The notes beneath the pieces were generated by a model, which was given only the letters and a program-made list of their open reading frames with translations, made no database searches and was not told the origin of the DNA. Below, one piece after another: positions 32,570-42,195 of a stretch of 64,000 nt of DNA. Source of the stretch: Arcobacteraceae bacterium (GTDB taxonomy: Bacteria > Campylobacterota > Campylobacteria > Campylobacterales > Arcobacteraceae); assembly GCA_963662945.1 (NCBI GenBank), contig OY759974.1:1024001-1088000 (forward strand), given 5' to 3'. The position numbers and the translations under genes are program-made. How positions within the stretch are numbered: the stretch's first letter is position 1; each line of letters begins with the position of its first letter.

Positions 32570-34936
32570 TTAATCTCTTTGACATATTGTGGCATAGCTG
32601 CAAAACTGGCAATTTGAAATCTTATCAGTACATTCAAAATTTACACTTGTAGTTTTTAATCTTTGAAGATGCATATCAAGGTATTCTAACTTTTCATTTA
32701 ACATAACTTCACTTTTTATGGAACTATCATTTAAGTCATAATACCCAACACTTTTTATCATCTTATCTCTTTGACTTAAGTAGTAAAACTCTAGTTGAAA
32801 GTCTGTTGATTCTTCGTAAGTTTTTGGTGTATCTATTTTTAAACTGGAAGATGTTTTATAATCAAGTATCTCAAAAGTTCCATCACTATGTTTATCTATT
32901 CTATCAATTTTTCCTTTGATTGAAATGCCATTATAACTTAAGTGAAATGGCTGTTCAACACTCTTTATCTTAATCCCATTTGCAACTCTTACTTTTTCAA
33001 ACTCTACTAATCTTTCAAGTTTTTTCTTCCAAAGTTCAAGTTCTAATACAAGATATGGATTTGATTTTTGAAAAGTTACTAGATAGTTATGGATAAACTC
33101 GTTTGTTAAGTTGTTGTTTTTTACAGCCTCTTCAAGACAATTATGGATGATACTTCCCACTTCAAAGTTTTGTGGTTTTATACTGATTGTATGCTCTTTT
33201 ATTTTTGCAATATAGTTAAAGTAATATTGTCTTTTACAAGTAAGATATGACTTCAAACTTGTAGCTGACCAACTCTCTTTTGATAAATCTATATCAAGGA
33301 TAATATCACTACTAAAGTGTTGCAATTGTTTTGGTGTATAAAGAATAGTTTTATACTCTTTTTTTACTAAATACTCTTTGTAGTTTTCAAAAAGTTGCAC
33401 TATAAATCTACTCATCACACTTTGCTCATCATCTATAAAACAAATAGCTATCTGTTGTGCTTTATCAAAAACTCTTTTGTAATAATATCTTTGGAGATTT
33501 TCCCTATCAGTAATAGTTGGAAGACCTGAAAGTTCTTTTATTTTTGTTGAGATAAATTTATCTTTGATACTGAGTTTTGGGATTTTATCATCATTAAAAT
33601 CACAGACGATAACTCCATCGAACTCAACTGCTCTTGTTTCAAGTATCCCTAAAACTGTGATTTTTCCACCACTTACATCATCAATTGTTATATTTGATAA
33701 TTCATTCGAAAGAAGTTTAATAAACTCTTTTGTTTTTAGATGTAAGCTATTTGCCCCTATATTAGTAAAAAGTAAAATATCCAATGATATTTTTAAATAC
33801 TCTAGTTTTTCTAAAACCTCTTCATCTTCCTCAAAAGAAAAAAGATACTGCATCACTTGTTCAAAAATCTCTTTTGTAAAAACTTTATTCCAATTATCTC
33901 GAAAAATAGTTACGAAATCTTCCTCTTTTATCTGCAAAAAATTAAACTTTTCTAAATCTTTTGGTTCAAAATCTATCAATATTTTGTTGATTATTCGCAA
34001 TACTTTTACTATTTTTCTCTCATTTATTCCTCTTCCCATAGCAAAGTTAAAATAGTGCTCTTCATCAAAAAGTTCAAGAGAAGATGCAAACTGTTCATTT
34101 GGGATAATAACAGCAATTTTTTCAGGCTCAATTCCATTTTGTACCATTTGGATAATATGATATTTTATAAATGCAATCTGCTCTAAACTACTAGAAAGTG
34201 GGGATATTACTATATTTTGTTTCTGTTTTATTATCTCTTTGGCTTTTACTATTTTCATATTTGTTAAATCTATCTTATAACTATAATCTATTTCTAAATC
34301 ATTTTTTAACGCACCAAACAGCTCTTTGTTTTTTTGATTGTATTGATTAAAAGTGATATTGATATAGATTTGACACACTTTTGAAATTTCACTTATAATT
34401 GTAAATTCAAAAGAGGATAAATATCCCTCAAGATTAATTGTAATAGTTTCAAACTGCTCTATATAGTCAAGATTTAACTGATAATTTTGTGGCAATAAAA
34501 TTGTATCTGTATAACCATTTTTTTCTAATATCTCCACATAGTTTTTGTGAATAGTTTTTAGTATCTCAATATGGTCACTATATAAAGCATAAGTATCAAA
34601 CTCTAGTAAAGTATCAAAATCAATATACTCATTTGCCGTTTCAGTAAAAAACCGAAAAATATAATCACTTTGTTTTAAAAAAGTACTAAAATCTCCACTA
34701 AAACCTAAAGCTTCTATATCCATAGAACTAATAGCTTCTTTGAGATAAAGTATTTTAAGATTTTTATCACAAAAATTTTTATTCTCTTTTTCAAGTGTTA
34801 CTAAAGAGAAAAACTCCCCTATTGCAATATTTTTATTTAAAAGTTGATTTTGATTTTTTAAAGAGCTAAGGTGATACCTAATAGCTCTTGATGTAGGAAA
34901 AACTACAAGAGAGTTTTTAAGACTCTTTTTTAGCAT
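32570..34936 (-). CDS. addB: AddB PD-(D/E)XK nuclease subunit
   Basis: VFPTSRAIR, GILETRA, SATSLKSYLTCKRQYY, GKIDRID, DYKT, C-terminal C..C.FC.Y..IC Fe-S cysteines. Confidence 0.9.
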   Translation of the reverse strand: MLKKSLKNSLVVFPTSRAIRYHLSSLKNQNQLLNKNIAIGEFFSLVTLEKENKNFCDKNLKILYLKEAISSMDIEALGFSGDFSTFLKQSDYIFRFFTETANEYIDFDTLLEFDTYALYSDHIEILKTIHKNYVEILEKNGYTDTILLPQNYQLNLDYIEQFETITINLEGYLSSFEFTIISEISKVCQIYINITFNQYNQKNKELFGALKNDLEIDYSYKIDLTNMKIVKAKEIIKQKQNIVISPLSSSLEQIAFIKYHIIQMVQNGIEPEKIAVIIPNEQFASSLELFDEEHYFNFAMGRGINERKIVKVLRIINKILIDFEPKDLEKFNFLQIKEEDFVTIFRDNWNKVFTKEIFEQVMQYLFSFEEDEEVLEKLEYLKISLDILLFTNIGANSLHLKTKEFIKLLSNELSNITIDDVSGGKITVLGILETRAVEFDGVIVCDFNDDKIPKLSIKDKFISTKIKELSGLPTITDRENLQRYYYKRVFDKAQQIAICFIDDEQSVMSRFIVQLFENYKEYLVKKEYKTILYTPKQLQHFSSDIILDIDLSKESWSATSLKSYLTCKRQYYFNYIAKIKEHTISIKPQNFEVGSIIHNCLEEAVKNNNLTNEFIHNYLVTFQKSNPYLVLELELWKKKLERLVEFEKVRVANGIKIKSVEQPFHLSYNGISIKGKIDRIDKHSDGTFEILDYKTSSSLKIDTPKTYEESTDFQLEFYYLSQRDKMIKSVGYYDLNDSSIKSEVMLNEKLEYLDMHLQRLKTTSVNFECTDKISNCQFCSYATICQRD

Positions 34937-35498
34937 TTGTTTTTATATAAAAGAACCCTTTTTCACCTTGAATATCTATAGTTCCTGTAATATTCCAGTA
35001 TCCTATAGAATTGATTTTGAACTCTTTTGTATCTTCATTTTGAAATTCTAATTTTACATCTTCTGCATGTGTAGTATTTTTTGTTACTACTAGATGAACA
35101 GTTTTATTAGTAATCTCTTTTCCATCTTTGTCTTGTACTAATATTGTGAATTTATTCTCTCCAACATTAATCATATCTTTTCTTTCTTTCCTCGCTTGAA
35201 TAGAACGTTGTGCTAAAAAAACATCTTCAAGAGAAAGACCTACGATTTCTTGTTCATTAAATACAAATTTTACATTGTATTTATTGGCAAATAAATGATT
35301 TGATTTAACCATATCATTATAATTTTTATCAACTTCATGATAGGTAGTTAAAAAAGCATTATCTGCATCTTTTCCAACATCTGATTTCATAGTTGTTGCT
35401 ACTGTCCAGTATATTAAAGCAAGCCCCAATAAAAATTTCAAAGTAAAAAGAGCATAAACATACTCTTTTCTCATAAATCGTTTATCTTCTTTTACCAT
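34917..35498 (-). CDS. Membrane protein, FixH/CcoH-like
   Basis: N-terminal TM; DNAFL..YHEVDKNYN; G.WNI motif; lies immediately upstream of addB as in the Campylobacter cco downstream string (recalled, not searched). Confidence 0.6.
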   Translation of the reverse strand: MVKEDKRFMRKEYVYALFTLKFLLGLALIYWTVATTMKSDVGKDADNAFLTTYHEVDKNYNDMVKSNHLFANKYNVKFVFNEQEIVGLSLEDVFLAQRSIQARKERKDMINVGENKFTILVQDKDGKEITNKTVHLVVTKNTTHAEDVKLEFQNEDTKEFKINSIGYWNITGTIDIQGEKGFFYIKTNAKKES

Positions 35499-36133
35499 TA
35501 TTTTTGTGCCTCTTTTCTATATTTTCGTTCACGCATAACAATAATTGCATATAAAATAATTCCACCTAGAACTAACGTATACATAAACATTTTCCAAATT
35601 GTACTTGCAACTTTTCCTTCACTTCCTATACTAGAATCAAGTTTTATATTTTTTGCTTTTGCTACGCTATCTGCCATTTGCGCAAAACCATTTAAACAAG
35701 CAGCACTAGTTTTTGCAAAAAGTGTATTCTTATCTTTAGAAGCCAAAAGAGGGATAACATAACCATCTAAAATATCATCTTTATCTATTATTGTTTTTAG
35801 ATCATCTGACATTAAAATACTTGCATATGTTTGTTCAACTGCGATAGTTAAAACAGCATATGGTTGAGGCAAATCTTTAACTAAATTTGCCTCAATATTT
35901 TTCATCATCTCTAGTCTTTGTTTTCTCTCAATCTTTCTATCAATACCGTTATTTTCTTTAACATCAATATATAAATTTATTCCAAGCTTTTGTTTTGCTT
36001 CATTTCCAATTTCTAATATCTTATCTTGTGCTCTTTGATCAATAAGATCATCGTGCGTTATAATATATGGATTTTGATTTGCTACTAATGTTGTTAGAAA
36101 CAATGTAACTAAAAAAAGTAATCTAATTTTCAC
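35498..36133 (-). CDS. TPM-domain-like exported membrane protein
   Basis: Signal peptide; IGNEAKQKLGINLY; IPLL...NGFAQMAD; C-terminal TM; GTG start with AAGGA upstream. Confidence 0.6.
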   Translation of the reverse strand: MKIRLLFLVTLFLTTLVANQNPYIITHDDLIDQRAQDKILEIGNEAKQKLGINLYIDVKENNGIDRKIERKQRLEMMKNIEANLVKDLPQPYAVLTIAVEQTYASILMSDDLKTIIDKDDILDGYVIPLLASKDKNTLFAKTSAACLNGFAQMADSVAKAKNIKLDSSIGSEGKVASTIWKMFMYTLVLGGIILYAIIVMRERKYRKEAQK

Positions 36134-36218
36134 CTATCTTCCTTTGTATAAACTAATGTTGTATGCTACCATATTGTACTTAAATTATAATGAATAATAT
36201 ATATTATAAGCTCACATT

Positions 36219-36950
36219 TTAACTAAAAAACAATATCTTGAAAGATAAAAGATACAATACAATACCTAGTATTTTTTTTATAGTTTTTGATGATACTTTA
36301 AAGTATAAAATATAGTTCCCAACTATACCGCCAATATATGCACCCAATCCAACTACCAAAAGCAATAAATAGTCTATATCTATCACTGTTGCATAACTTG
36401 TAAATGCTACCAATGAAGAAAATGGTATCACAAAAGATATACTAATAGCTATCTTTTTTGCATCATATCCACATAGTATCAGAATAGGAGAAATGATTGA
36501 CCCACCTCCAACTCCTAAAAATCCTGAAAAAAATCCCCCAATTGAACCCACCACATAAAGTATTATTTTATTTGTTTGTTTTTCTACATTATTTGAACTT
36601 GTACCAAATATCATCAAAGTTGCTATAAAAACAAGTGTTGTTGCAAATACATTTTTAACAATTTCAGCATCAATACTTAATGAGATTTTTGCACCAACAT
36701 AGGCAAATATTATAGAACTTATAACCAATGGTAAAATAAACTCTTTATCAAAAAGCTTTTTTTTAAAATTCAAATAACTTGTTGTAACAGTTGTCACAAA
36801 GTTTACAAATAAACCGCTAGCACGAGAGATATCAAAAGAGAGTCCAGCAAAATTTAATGTTGGAACCAATGCAATTGCAGAACCTACTCCTGCAATTGCA
36901 AATATTGTTGAGAGAATTACAGTAAGTACAAAATAAAGTAAATATTCCAT
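36219..36950 (-). CDS. Sulfite exporter TauE/SafE family transporter
   Basis: About 8 TMs; GVGSA..LVP and GFFSGFLGVGGG.I.P duplicated motifs. Confidence 0.88.
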   Translation of the reverse strand: MEYLLYFVLTVILSTIFAIAGVGSAIALVPTLNFAGLSFDISRASGLFVNFVTTVTTSYLNFKKKLFDKEFILPLVISSIIFAYVGAKISLSIDAEIVKNVFATTLVFIATLMIFGTSSNNVEKQTNKIILYVVGSIGGFFSGFLGVGGGSIISPILILCGYDAKKIAISISFVIPFSSLVAFTSYATVIDIDYLLLLVVGLGAYIGGIVGNYILYFKVSSKTIKKILGIVLYLLSFKILFFS

Positions 36951-36953
36951 CGG

Positions 36954-38273
36954 TTATTTTAACCTTTGTCTTGAAATTTCTCGTACATAATCCATCCCTA
37001 TATAAAACTCTTTCATTAGTATCAAAAGTAAATATTTCCCAAATGGCGTAGTTTTAGAATAATCTTTTTCCAGTATTCCAAAATATTTTAAGAGTAAAAA
37101 TAAAAATTTATGTTTTTTGTATTTTTCAAGATTAATGTTATTTGAAAATAAATCTAACATCAGTTGATATTTTAAAATATCTGTGTTTTTGTATTTTTTA
37201 AATCTTTCCTGGGAAAGTTCCCCTTGTATGATTTTTTCTTTATATTTTTCTAAGGAGAAAGTATTGATATACAAAGTGTCTTTTATAAAGCTAAAAGAAC
37301 CTGAACCTAAGCCTATATATTCATTATATTCTACTACATATTCATCAAAAGTATGAATATCTTTTTTTGCAAAAGTCCAAGATGAGATTTGATTGTATTT
37401 TTCTTTTAAAGTATCTACAATCATATTATAAAATTTTGCCTCATTATCAGTATCCAATTTTCCTAAATTTTTTTCAATTCTTTTTTTTACAGAAGGAGAA
37501 TACATCAAAGGATAAAAAGATATTTGTTCTGAATTCATTTTTAAAATCATTTTTAAATCATTTTGTAAAATCTCTTCTGTTTGACTAGGAAGATTAAAAA
37601 TAAAATCAAGATTTACAATTGGAAATTGTCCTATTGCTTTAGAGACATTTTCTAATTGCATTTTTGATGATCCAAATTTTTTATATCGTTTTATTTTTTT
37701 AAGCATCTCATCATTTGTTGTTTGAATTCCTACAGATAATCTATCCACTTTTTTTGATAATAATGTAACTAACTTTTCATCTATTAAAGGATCACCTTCA
37801 CAAGAAACATCTTTGATACTAAAAAGCTCTTTTGCATAGTCTATGGTTTTTACTAATTCATCTGGCAATATTGTAGTAGTTCCACCACCTATGTATAATG
37901 ACACAAAATCATATCCCAAAGATTGAATGATTTCCATCTCTTTTCGTAAATAGTAAAAATATTCTCTAGCTTGTTCTTCTTGAAATTTAAACTTATGAAA
38001 AGAACAATAAGGACATAAAGTTTTACAAAAAGGAATATGTAAATACAATAAATAATTTTTATTTTTCTCTGGTTTTGGAGGAATAATTTTTTGTGTTGTA
38101 TATTGAAAATCTAAGAACTTTTTCGTTTTTCTTTTCATATAAAATGATGCAACTTTTACGATAAATTTTTGAAAAAAACTATACTTAAAAGTTACATTAT
38201 TATCTAAAATTTCAACACTATTACCTACACAGTGATTTGGGTCTATTTGATTCATAGTAAAGATTATATACAA
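36954..38273 (-). CDS. HemN-like class C radical SAM enzyme, probable MqnK/MenK-type menaquinone methyltransferase
   Basis: YLHIPFCKTLCPYCSF (CxxxCxxC), GGGTTT, RLSVGIQ, QISFYPLM, DEYV, GLGSGSFS, MKEFY..MD..R. Start position uncertain. Confidence 0.7.
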   Translation of the reverse strand: MYIIFTMNQIDPNHCVGNSVEILDNNVTFKYSFFQKFIVKVASFYMKRKTKKFLDFQYTTQKIIPPKPEKNKNYLLYLHIPFCKTLCPYCSFHKFKFQEEQAREYFYYLRKEMEIIQSLGYDFVSLYIGGGTTTILPDELVKTIDYAKELFSIKDVSCEGDPLIDEKLVTLLSKKVDRLSVGIQTTNDEMLKKIKRYKKFGSSKMQLENVSKAIGQFPIVNLDFIFNLPSQTEEILQNDLKMILKMNSEQISFYPLMYSPSVKKRIEKNLGKLDTDNEAKFYNMIVDTLKEKYNQISSWTFAKKDIHTFDEYVVEYNEYIGLGSGSFSFIKDTLYINTFSLEKYKEKIIQGELSQERFKKYKNTDILKYQLMLDLFSNNINLEKYKKHKFLFLLLKYFGILEKDYSKTTPFGKYLLLILMKEFYIGMDYVREISRQRLK

Positions 38274-38295
38274 TAATCATTGTATATCCACTTAT

Positions 38296-38661
38296 TTAGT
38301 GGCTACTGCAAGTCCCTTTTGCACCAATTATTTCTAATTTATTTGCCAAAAAGCTCTTGCAAGAGTCATGAACTGTTTTTGAATCTTTATCAAAATATAC
38401 ACTTAATCCTGCATTATGAAATCCTTTTGCAGGAGAACCACCTATTCCACTTACTATTAGTGCATCTGGTGTTAATGACATAATATTTGATATTGCATCT
38501 CCACAACCATTTTGATCATGTCCTGGATTTTTCACAACTTCAACATCAATTACTTCTTCATTTTCTATTGTTACGATAGTGTAAAAATTTGCTTTTCCAA
38601 AGTGTGCACCTCTTTTTGATAACAATCCATCTGCTTCATTTGTTGGTAATATTATTCTCAT
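38296..38661 (-). CDS. NifB/NifX-family cofactor-binding protein
   Basis: HFGKANFY, NPGH..GC, VSGIGG, C-terminal CSSH. Confidence 0.88.
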   Translation of the reverse strand: MRIILPTNEADGLLSKRGAHFGKANFYTIVTIENEEVIDVEVVKNPGHDQNGCGDAISNIMSLTPDALIVSGIGGSPAKGFHNAGLSVYFDKDSKTVHDSCKSFLANKLEIIGAKGTCSSH

Positions 38662-38681
38662 AATTATTCTCCTTTTTTTGA

Positions 38682-39098
38682 TTAATGATGATGGTGATGG
38701 TCATGATTGTGATCGTGATCATGTTCTTTATGACCTCCACCATTATGCATATTGCCTTGTTCTACAAACTGAGCCATATTTGTTCCATCTACTTTTATTA
38801 ATTGTCCATTTTTGAACTTTTCAAGAACTTCTTGCAGTAAAATTCTCTCTTCTCCTGCATGATAACATTCTACGTTTCCTTTTTGGAGTAACATAAAAGG
38901 ATTACCACCCATATGACGAAATATTACTTTATCTATCCCTCTTGCTACAAAACTATCAACGACAGCTCGTCCACTTTCTGTCTCATTTTTTTCTATAGTT
39001 ATCTTATCTCCATCTACAATTGCAAACCATTTTGCTTTACCAAAAAGTGTTGTTACTGCTGGATTTTCTTTATTTGTTTTTACAGGTATCGCTATCAT
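38682..39098 (-). CDS. NifB/NifX-family protein with His-rich tail
   Basis: IAIPV, LFGKAKWF, HMGGNP; tail HKEHDHDHNHDHHHHH. Confidence 0.85.
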   Translation of the reverse strand: MIAIPVKTNKENPAVTTLFGKAKWFAIVDGDKITIEKNETESGRAVVDSFVARGIDKVIFRHMGGNPFMLLQKGNVECYHAGEERILLQEVLEKFKNGQLIKVDGTNMAQFVEQGNMHNGGGHKEHDHDHNHDHHHHH

Positions 39099-39150
39099 TT
39101 ATTATCCTTTTCAAATTTCAAAACATTTCTCATACTTAATTTCAAGCTTA

Positions 39151-39178
39151 AATATATTACAACTGGCCATAATGTCAA
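39151..39178 (-). promoter_or_regulatory. Putative sigma70 promoter / operator-like site upstream of the NifX genes
   Basis: Minus strand TTGACA-16 nt-TATATT; the overlapping TGGCCATAATGTCAA resembles the palindromes at 42099-42146. Confidence 0.45.
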
Positions 39179-39214
39179 CCACGCTAATTCATACATATAT
39201 TCCATTATTACTCC

Positions 39215-40348
39215 TTAATAATTGTGAGCATCTGGTGCTTCAATCTCTTCTTTTGTGATTTTTACTTTATCCATACTATACCAAGCATATGCAATATAGG
39301 CTAATACAAAAGGTACCATCAATGACACATATGACATCACCATAAGGGTATAGTGACTTCCTGAACTATTTACTATAGTTAAACTACTTTGTAAATCTGT
39401 TGTTGAGGGATAATAAGATGTACCATTCAATCCAACATTCAGTAACAATGCCATTACAGTTAGTACAATTCCTACACCTCCTGTTTTAATACAACAAGTT
39501 TTTCTAAAAGTGATTGCTGTAAATACAGCACCAAGAACCATCAAAACTCCTGCTAAAAACATTGAAATAACAATTGGTAACTCAAGGAAATTTATAAAAT
39601 ATTTATACGGTTGTATAAAGACTACTCCATTAGAATCATAAGCATAGCCATCTTTGAGTAATATCCAAGCTAGAAATCCCAAGAAAAAGAATAAAAATAG
39701 CATCATATTGTATTTAATAGATTCAACTGCTTTATCAACTATTGGTTTAGAATCAATATTGTTCATAAAATATAATGCGCCACTTATTTTTGCTAAGAAT
39801 ACTAAAGCAAATCCAAGAAGATAATTATATGGATTTAAAAGTGCTTCTAAACCTCTTAAATCATTTTGCCATAAAACAAAATTATTAGAAGTTAAAACAA
39901 ATTCACTTCCACTAAAAAAAGTACTTATTGCAACACCTAATAAAAATGTCCCGATATTTCCATTGATTTTTAAAAATATCTCATAAGTCCTTTTCCCTAA
40001 AAAGTTATTTGGTTTTGTTCTATACTCATAACTTACAGCTTGAATAATAAAACAAAATAAAATAGCCAACCATACCCAATAAGCACCACCAAAACTAGTA
40101 GCATAAAATAATGGAAAAGCAGCAAATAATGCCCCTCCAAAAAGAACTAAAGTGGTAAATCCAAGTTCCCATTTTCTTCCAATACTATTTATAAGCATCG
40201 TTTTTTCAGTTTCATTTTCACTTAGAGTATCAATCAACGTTTGCCCACCTTGAACAAACATAATAAACACAAATAATCCACCCAAAAGTGATATGATGAT
40301 CCACCAATATTGTTGTAGTGTTATAAGTTCTAAAGATTCAAATCCCAT
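39215..40348 (-). CDS. cydB: Cytochrome bd ubiquinol oxidase subunit II
   Basis: GRKWELGFTTLVLFGGALFAAFP, SYEYR, multiple TMs; follows cydA. Confidence 0.94.
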   Translation of the reverse strand: MGFESLELITLQQYWWIIISLLGGLFVFIMFVQGGQTLIDTLSENETEKTMLINSIGRKWELGFTTLVLFGGALFAAFPLFYATSFGGAYWVWLAILFCFIIQAVSYEYRTKPNNFLGKRTYEIFLKINGNIGTFLLGVAISTFFSGSEFVLTSNNFVLWQNDLRGLEALLNPYNYLLGFALVFLAKISGALYFMNNIDSKPIVDKAVESIKYNMMLFLFFFLGFLAWILLKDGYAYDSNGVVFIQPYKYFINFLELPIVISMFLAGVLMVLGAVFTAITFRKTCCIKTGGVGIVLTVMALLLNVGLNGTSYYPSTTDLQSSLTIVNSSGSHYTLMVMSYVSLMVPFVLAYIAYAWYSMDKVKITKEEIEAPDAHNY

Positions 40349-40349
40349 T

Positions 40350-41876
40350 CTAGTGTCCCCCTTCCGGACCGATTTTGATTTGCTTTGTCATAATTTTAAT
40401 CTCAGCAATCAATAAAATTGTAAATAATGTGGCAAACATATAGAAACTAATCATTACATTTGTTGTTGCTATTTTAGTTGCAGCAATCCCCACAGGCATC
40501 AAATCTTGTATCGCCCAAGGTTGTCTTCCGACTTCTGCAACAACCCATCCAGCTTCACTTGCAATATATCCCAAAGGGATACTAAAAACGGCACTTTTTA
40601 ATAATAATCTATAATCACTTACATCTTTTTTTAAACTTAAATATAAAATCAATGCAAAAAGTAGAGTGAACCAACCGCCAAGGAGAACCATTATATGAAA
40701 AGAATAAAATGTAATAGCCACAGGTGGTATTACATCTTCTGGTGATTGTAAATACCCATATCCAAAATATTTCATATTTGTCTCTAATATATTTTTAGCT
40801 TCTATAGCTTTTACCATATCATTTGCTTTTTTAGCTTCTTTATATTCTTCAAGTGCTTTAATAGCCAATTTTCCTTTCTCTATCTTGTCTTTGGCACTTA
40901 CTATTCCTCTTGTTGTATTTCCATAAACTAAATCTTTTAAACCAGGAACATATGCTGTTGTATCGTGATATCCTAAGAGTGCTAATGCATATGGAATTTC
41001 TACTTCAAATTTATAAGTTTCTTCGTCATTAGTTAGTGTTTTTTTATTATTTAAAATTCCTAATGCAACTATTCCTGCACTTTCTTTTCCTTCATATAAT
41101 CCTTCCATTGCAGCTAATTTTACAGGCTGTTTCAAGGCAACTTGATGTGCTGACTCATCTCCACTTAGTATTAAAAATAAACTTGTAATTAAACCAAAAG
41201 TTGCTCCTATAATCATTGACTTTTTTGCAAAGATTGTATCTCTACCTTTGAGTAAGTACCAAGCAGATACTCCAACTACAAATAAAGATGCCAAAACATA
41301 CCCACTTCCAATGGTATGTAAAAACTTACTCACTGCAACTGGACTTAAAATTACATCCCAAAAATTCATCATCTCATTTCTAACTGTATCTGGATTAAAC
41401 TCCATCCCAACAGGATACTGCATCCAGCCATTAGCAACAAGTATCCAAAGAGCAGAAAGGTTTGAACCTATTGCTACTAGCCAAGTTGAAAGTAGATGGA
41501 ATTTTTTTCCAACTTTTTCCCAACCAAAAAACATAACAGCAAAAAATGTGCTTTCCATAAAAAAAGCTAAAATACCCTCAATAGCAAGTGGTGCACCAAA
41601 AATATCTCCCACAAACCAACTATAATTTGCCCAGTTTGTACCAAATTCAAATTCCATTATAATTCCAGTAGCTACACCTATTGCAAAATTTATTGCAAAT
41701 AATGTCATCCAAAACTTTGTAGTGTTTTTCCAAAACTCACTATTTGTTTTCACATAAATAGTTTCCATAATCGCTACAATAAAACCTAGCCCTAATGTTA
41801 AGGGTACAAAAATCCAATGATACATTGCAGTTAAAGCAAACTGTGCCCTACTCCAATCAACTAAATGTTCTTCCAT
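40350..41876 (-). CDS. cydA: Cytochrome bd ubiquinol oxidase subunit I
   Basis: SRAQFALTAMYHWIFVP, EFEFGTNW, KFLH, QPVKLAAMEG, EVGRQPW. Confidence 0.97.
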   Translation of the reverse strand: MEEHLVDWSRAQFALTAMYHWIFVPLTLGLGFIVAIMETIYVKTNSEFWKNTTKFWMTLFAINFAIGVATGIIMEFEFGTNWANYSWFVGDIFGAPLAIEGILAFFMESTFFAVMFFGWEKVGKKFHLLSTWLVAIGSNLSALWILVANGWMQYPVGMEFNPDTVRNEMMNFWDVILSPVAVSKFLHTIGSGYVLASLFVVGVSAWYLLKGRDTIFAKKSMIIGATFGLITSLFLILSGDESAHQVALKQPVKLAAMEGLYEGKESAGIVALGILNNKKTLTNDEETYKFEVEIPYALALLGYHDTTAYVPGLKDLVYGNTTRGIVSAKDKIEKGKLAIKALEEYKEAKKANDMVKAIEAKNILETNMKYFGYGYLQSPEDVIPPVAITFYSFHIMVLLGGWFTLLFALILYLSLKKDVSDYRLLLKSAVFSIPLGYIASEAGWVVAEVGRQPWAIQDLMPVGIAATKIATTNVMISFYMFATLFTILLIAEIKIMTKQIKIGPEGGH

Positions 41877-42086
41877 CTATTTTCCTTTCAAATTTTCATA
41901 AACAAAGTTACTCTTTGCTTCATCTGTTTTATATTCCGTTTTTATTGATTTATCGTGAATAAATATATTAAGAAATAATAAAATAACTGCAAGTTTTATA
42001 ATGATTATTTTCCATAATGTTTTTCCAACTTTCATATTTTTAAAACCATCAATATAAAACTCTAAAATATTTCTCATATTTACCAA
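41877..42086 (-). CDS. DUF4492 small membrane protein preceding cydA
   Basis: FYIDGFKNMKVGKTLWKIIIIKL signature; one TM. Confidence 0.85.
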   Translation of the reverse strand: MVNMRNILEFYIDGFKNMKVGKTLWKIIIIKLAVILLFLNIFIHDKSIKTEYKTDEAKSNFVYENLKGK

Positions 42087-42098
42087 CTTAAATCCTTA

Positions 42099-42146
42099 AT
42101 TATGAACATATGTCATAATGATACAACCATTTTGCACATATGTCAA
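42099..42146 (-). promoter_or_regulatory. sigma70 promoter of DUF4492-cydAB overlapped by two palindromic operator candidates
   Basis: Minus strand TTGACA (42146-42141), 17 nt, TATCAT (42123-42118); ACATATGT cores at 42106 and 42136. Confidence 0.7.
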
Positions 42147-42195
42147 GTTTTATTAAATAAAATTTAGCTAAAATTTTTATATTAAAGGAAATATT

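Noticed and set aside
36134-36172. 12-codon ORF MVAYNISLYKGR directly upstream of the TPM-like gene
   Set aside because: No RBS, and it overlaps the likely -10 box and leader; better explained as promoter/UTR
38684-38740. Short trinucleotide-like repeat (GAT/GTG runs)
   Set aside because: It simply encodes the His-rich tail; not a contingency repeat or CRISPR
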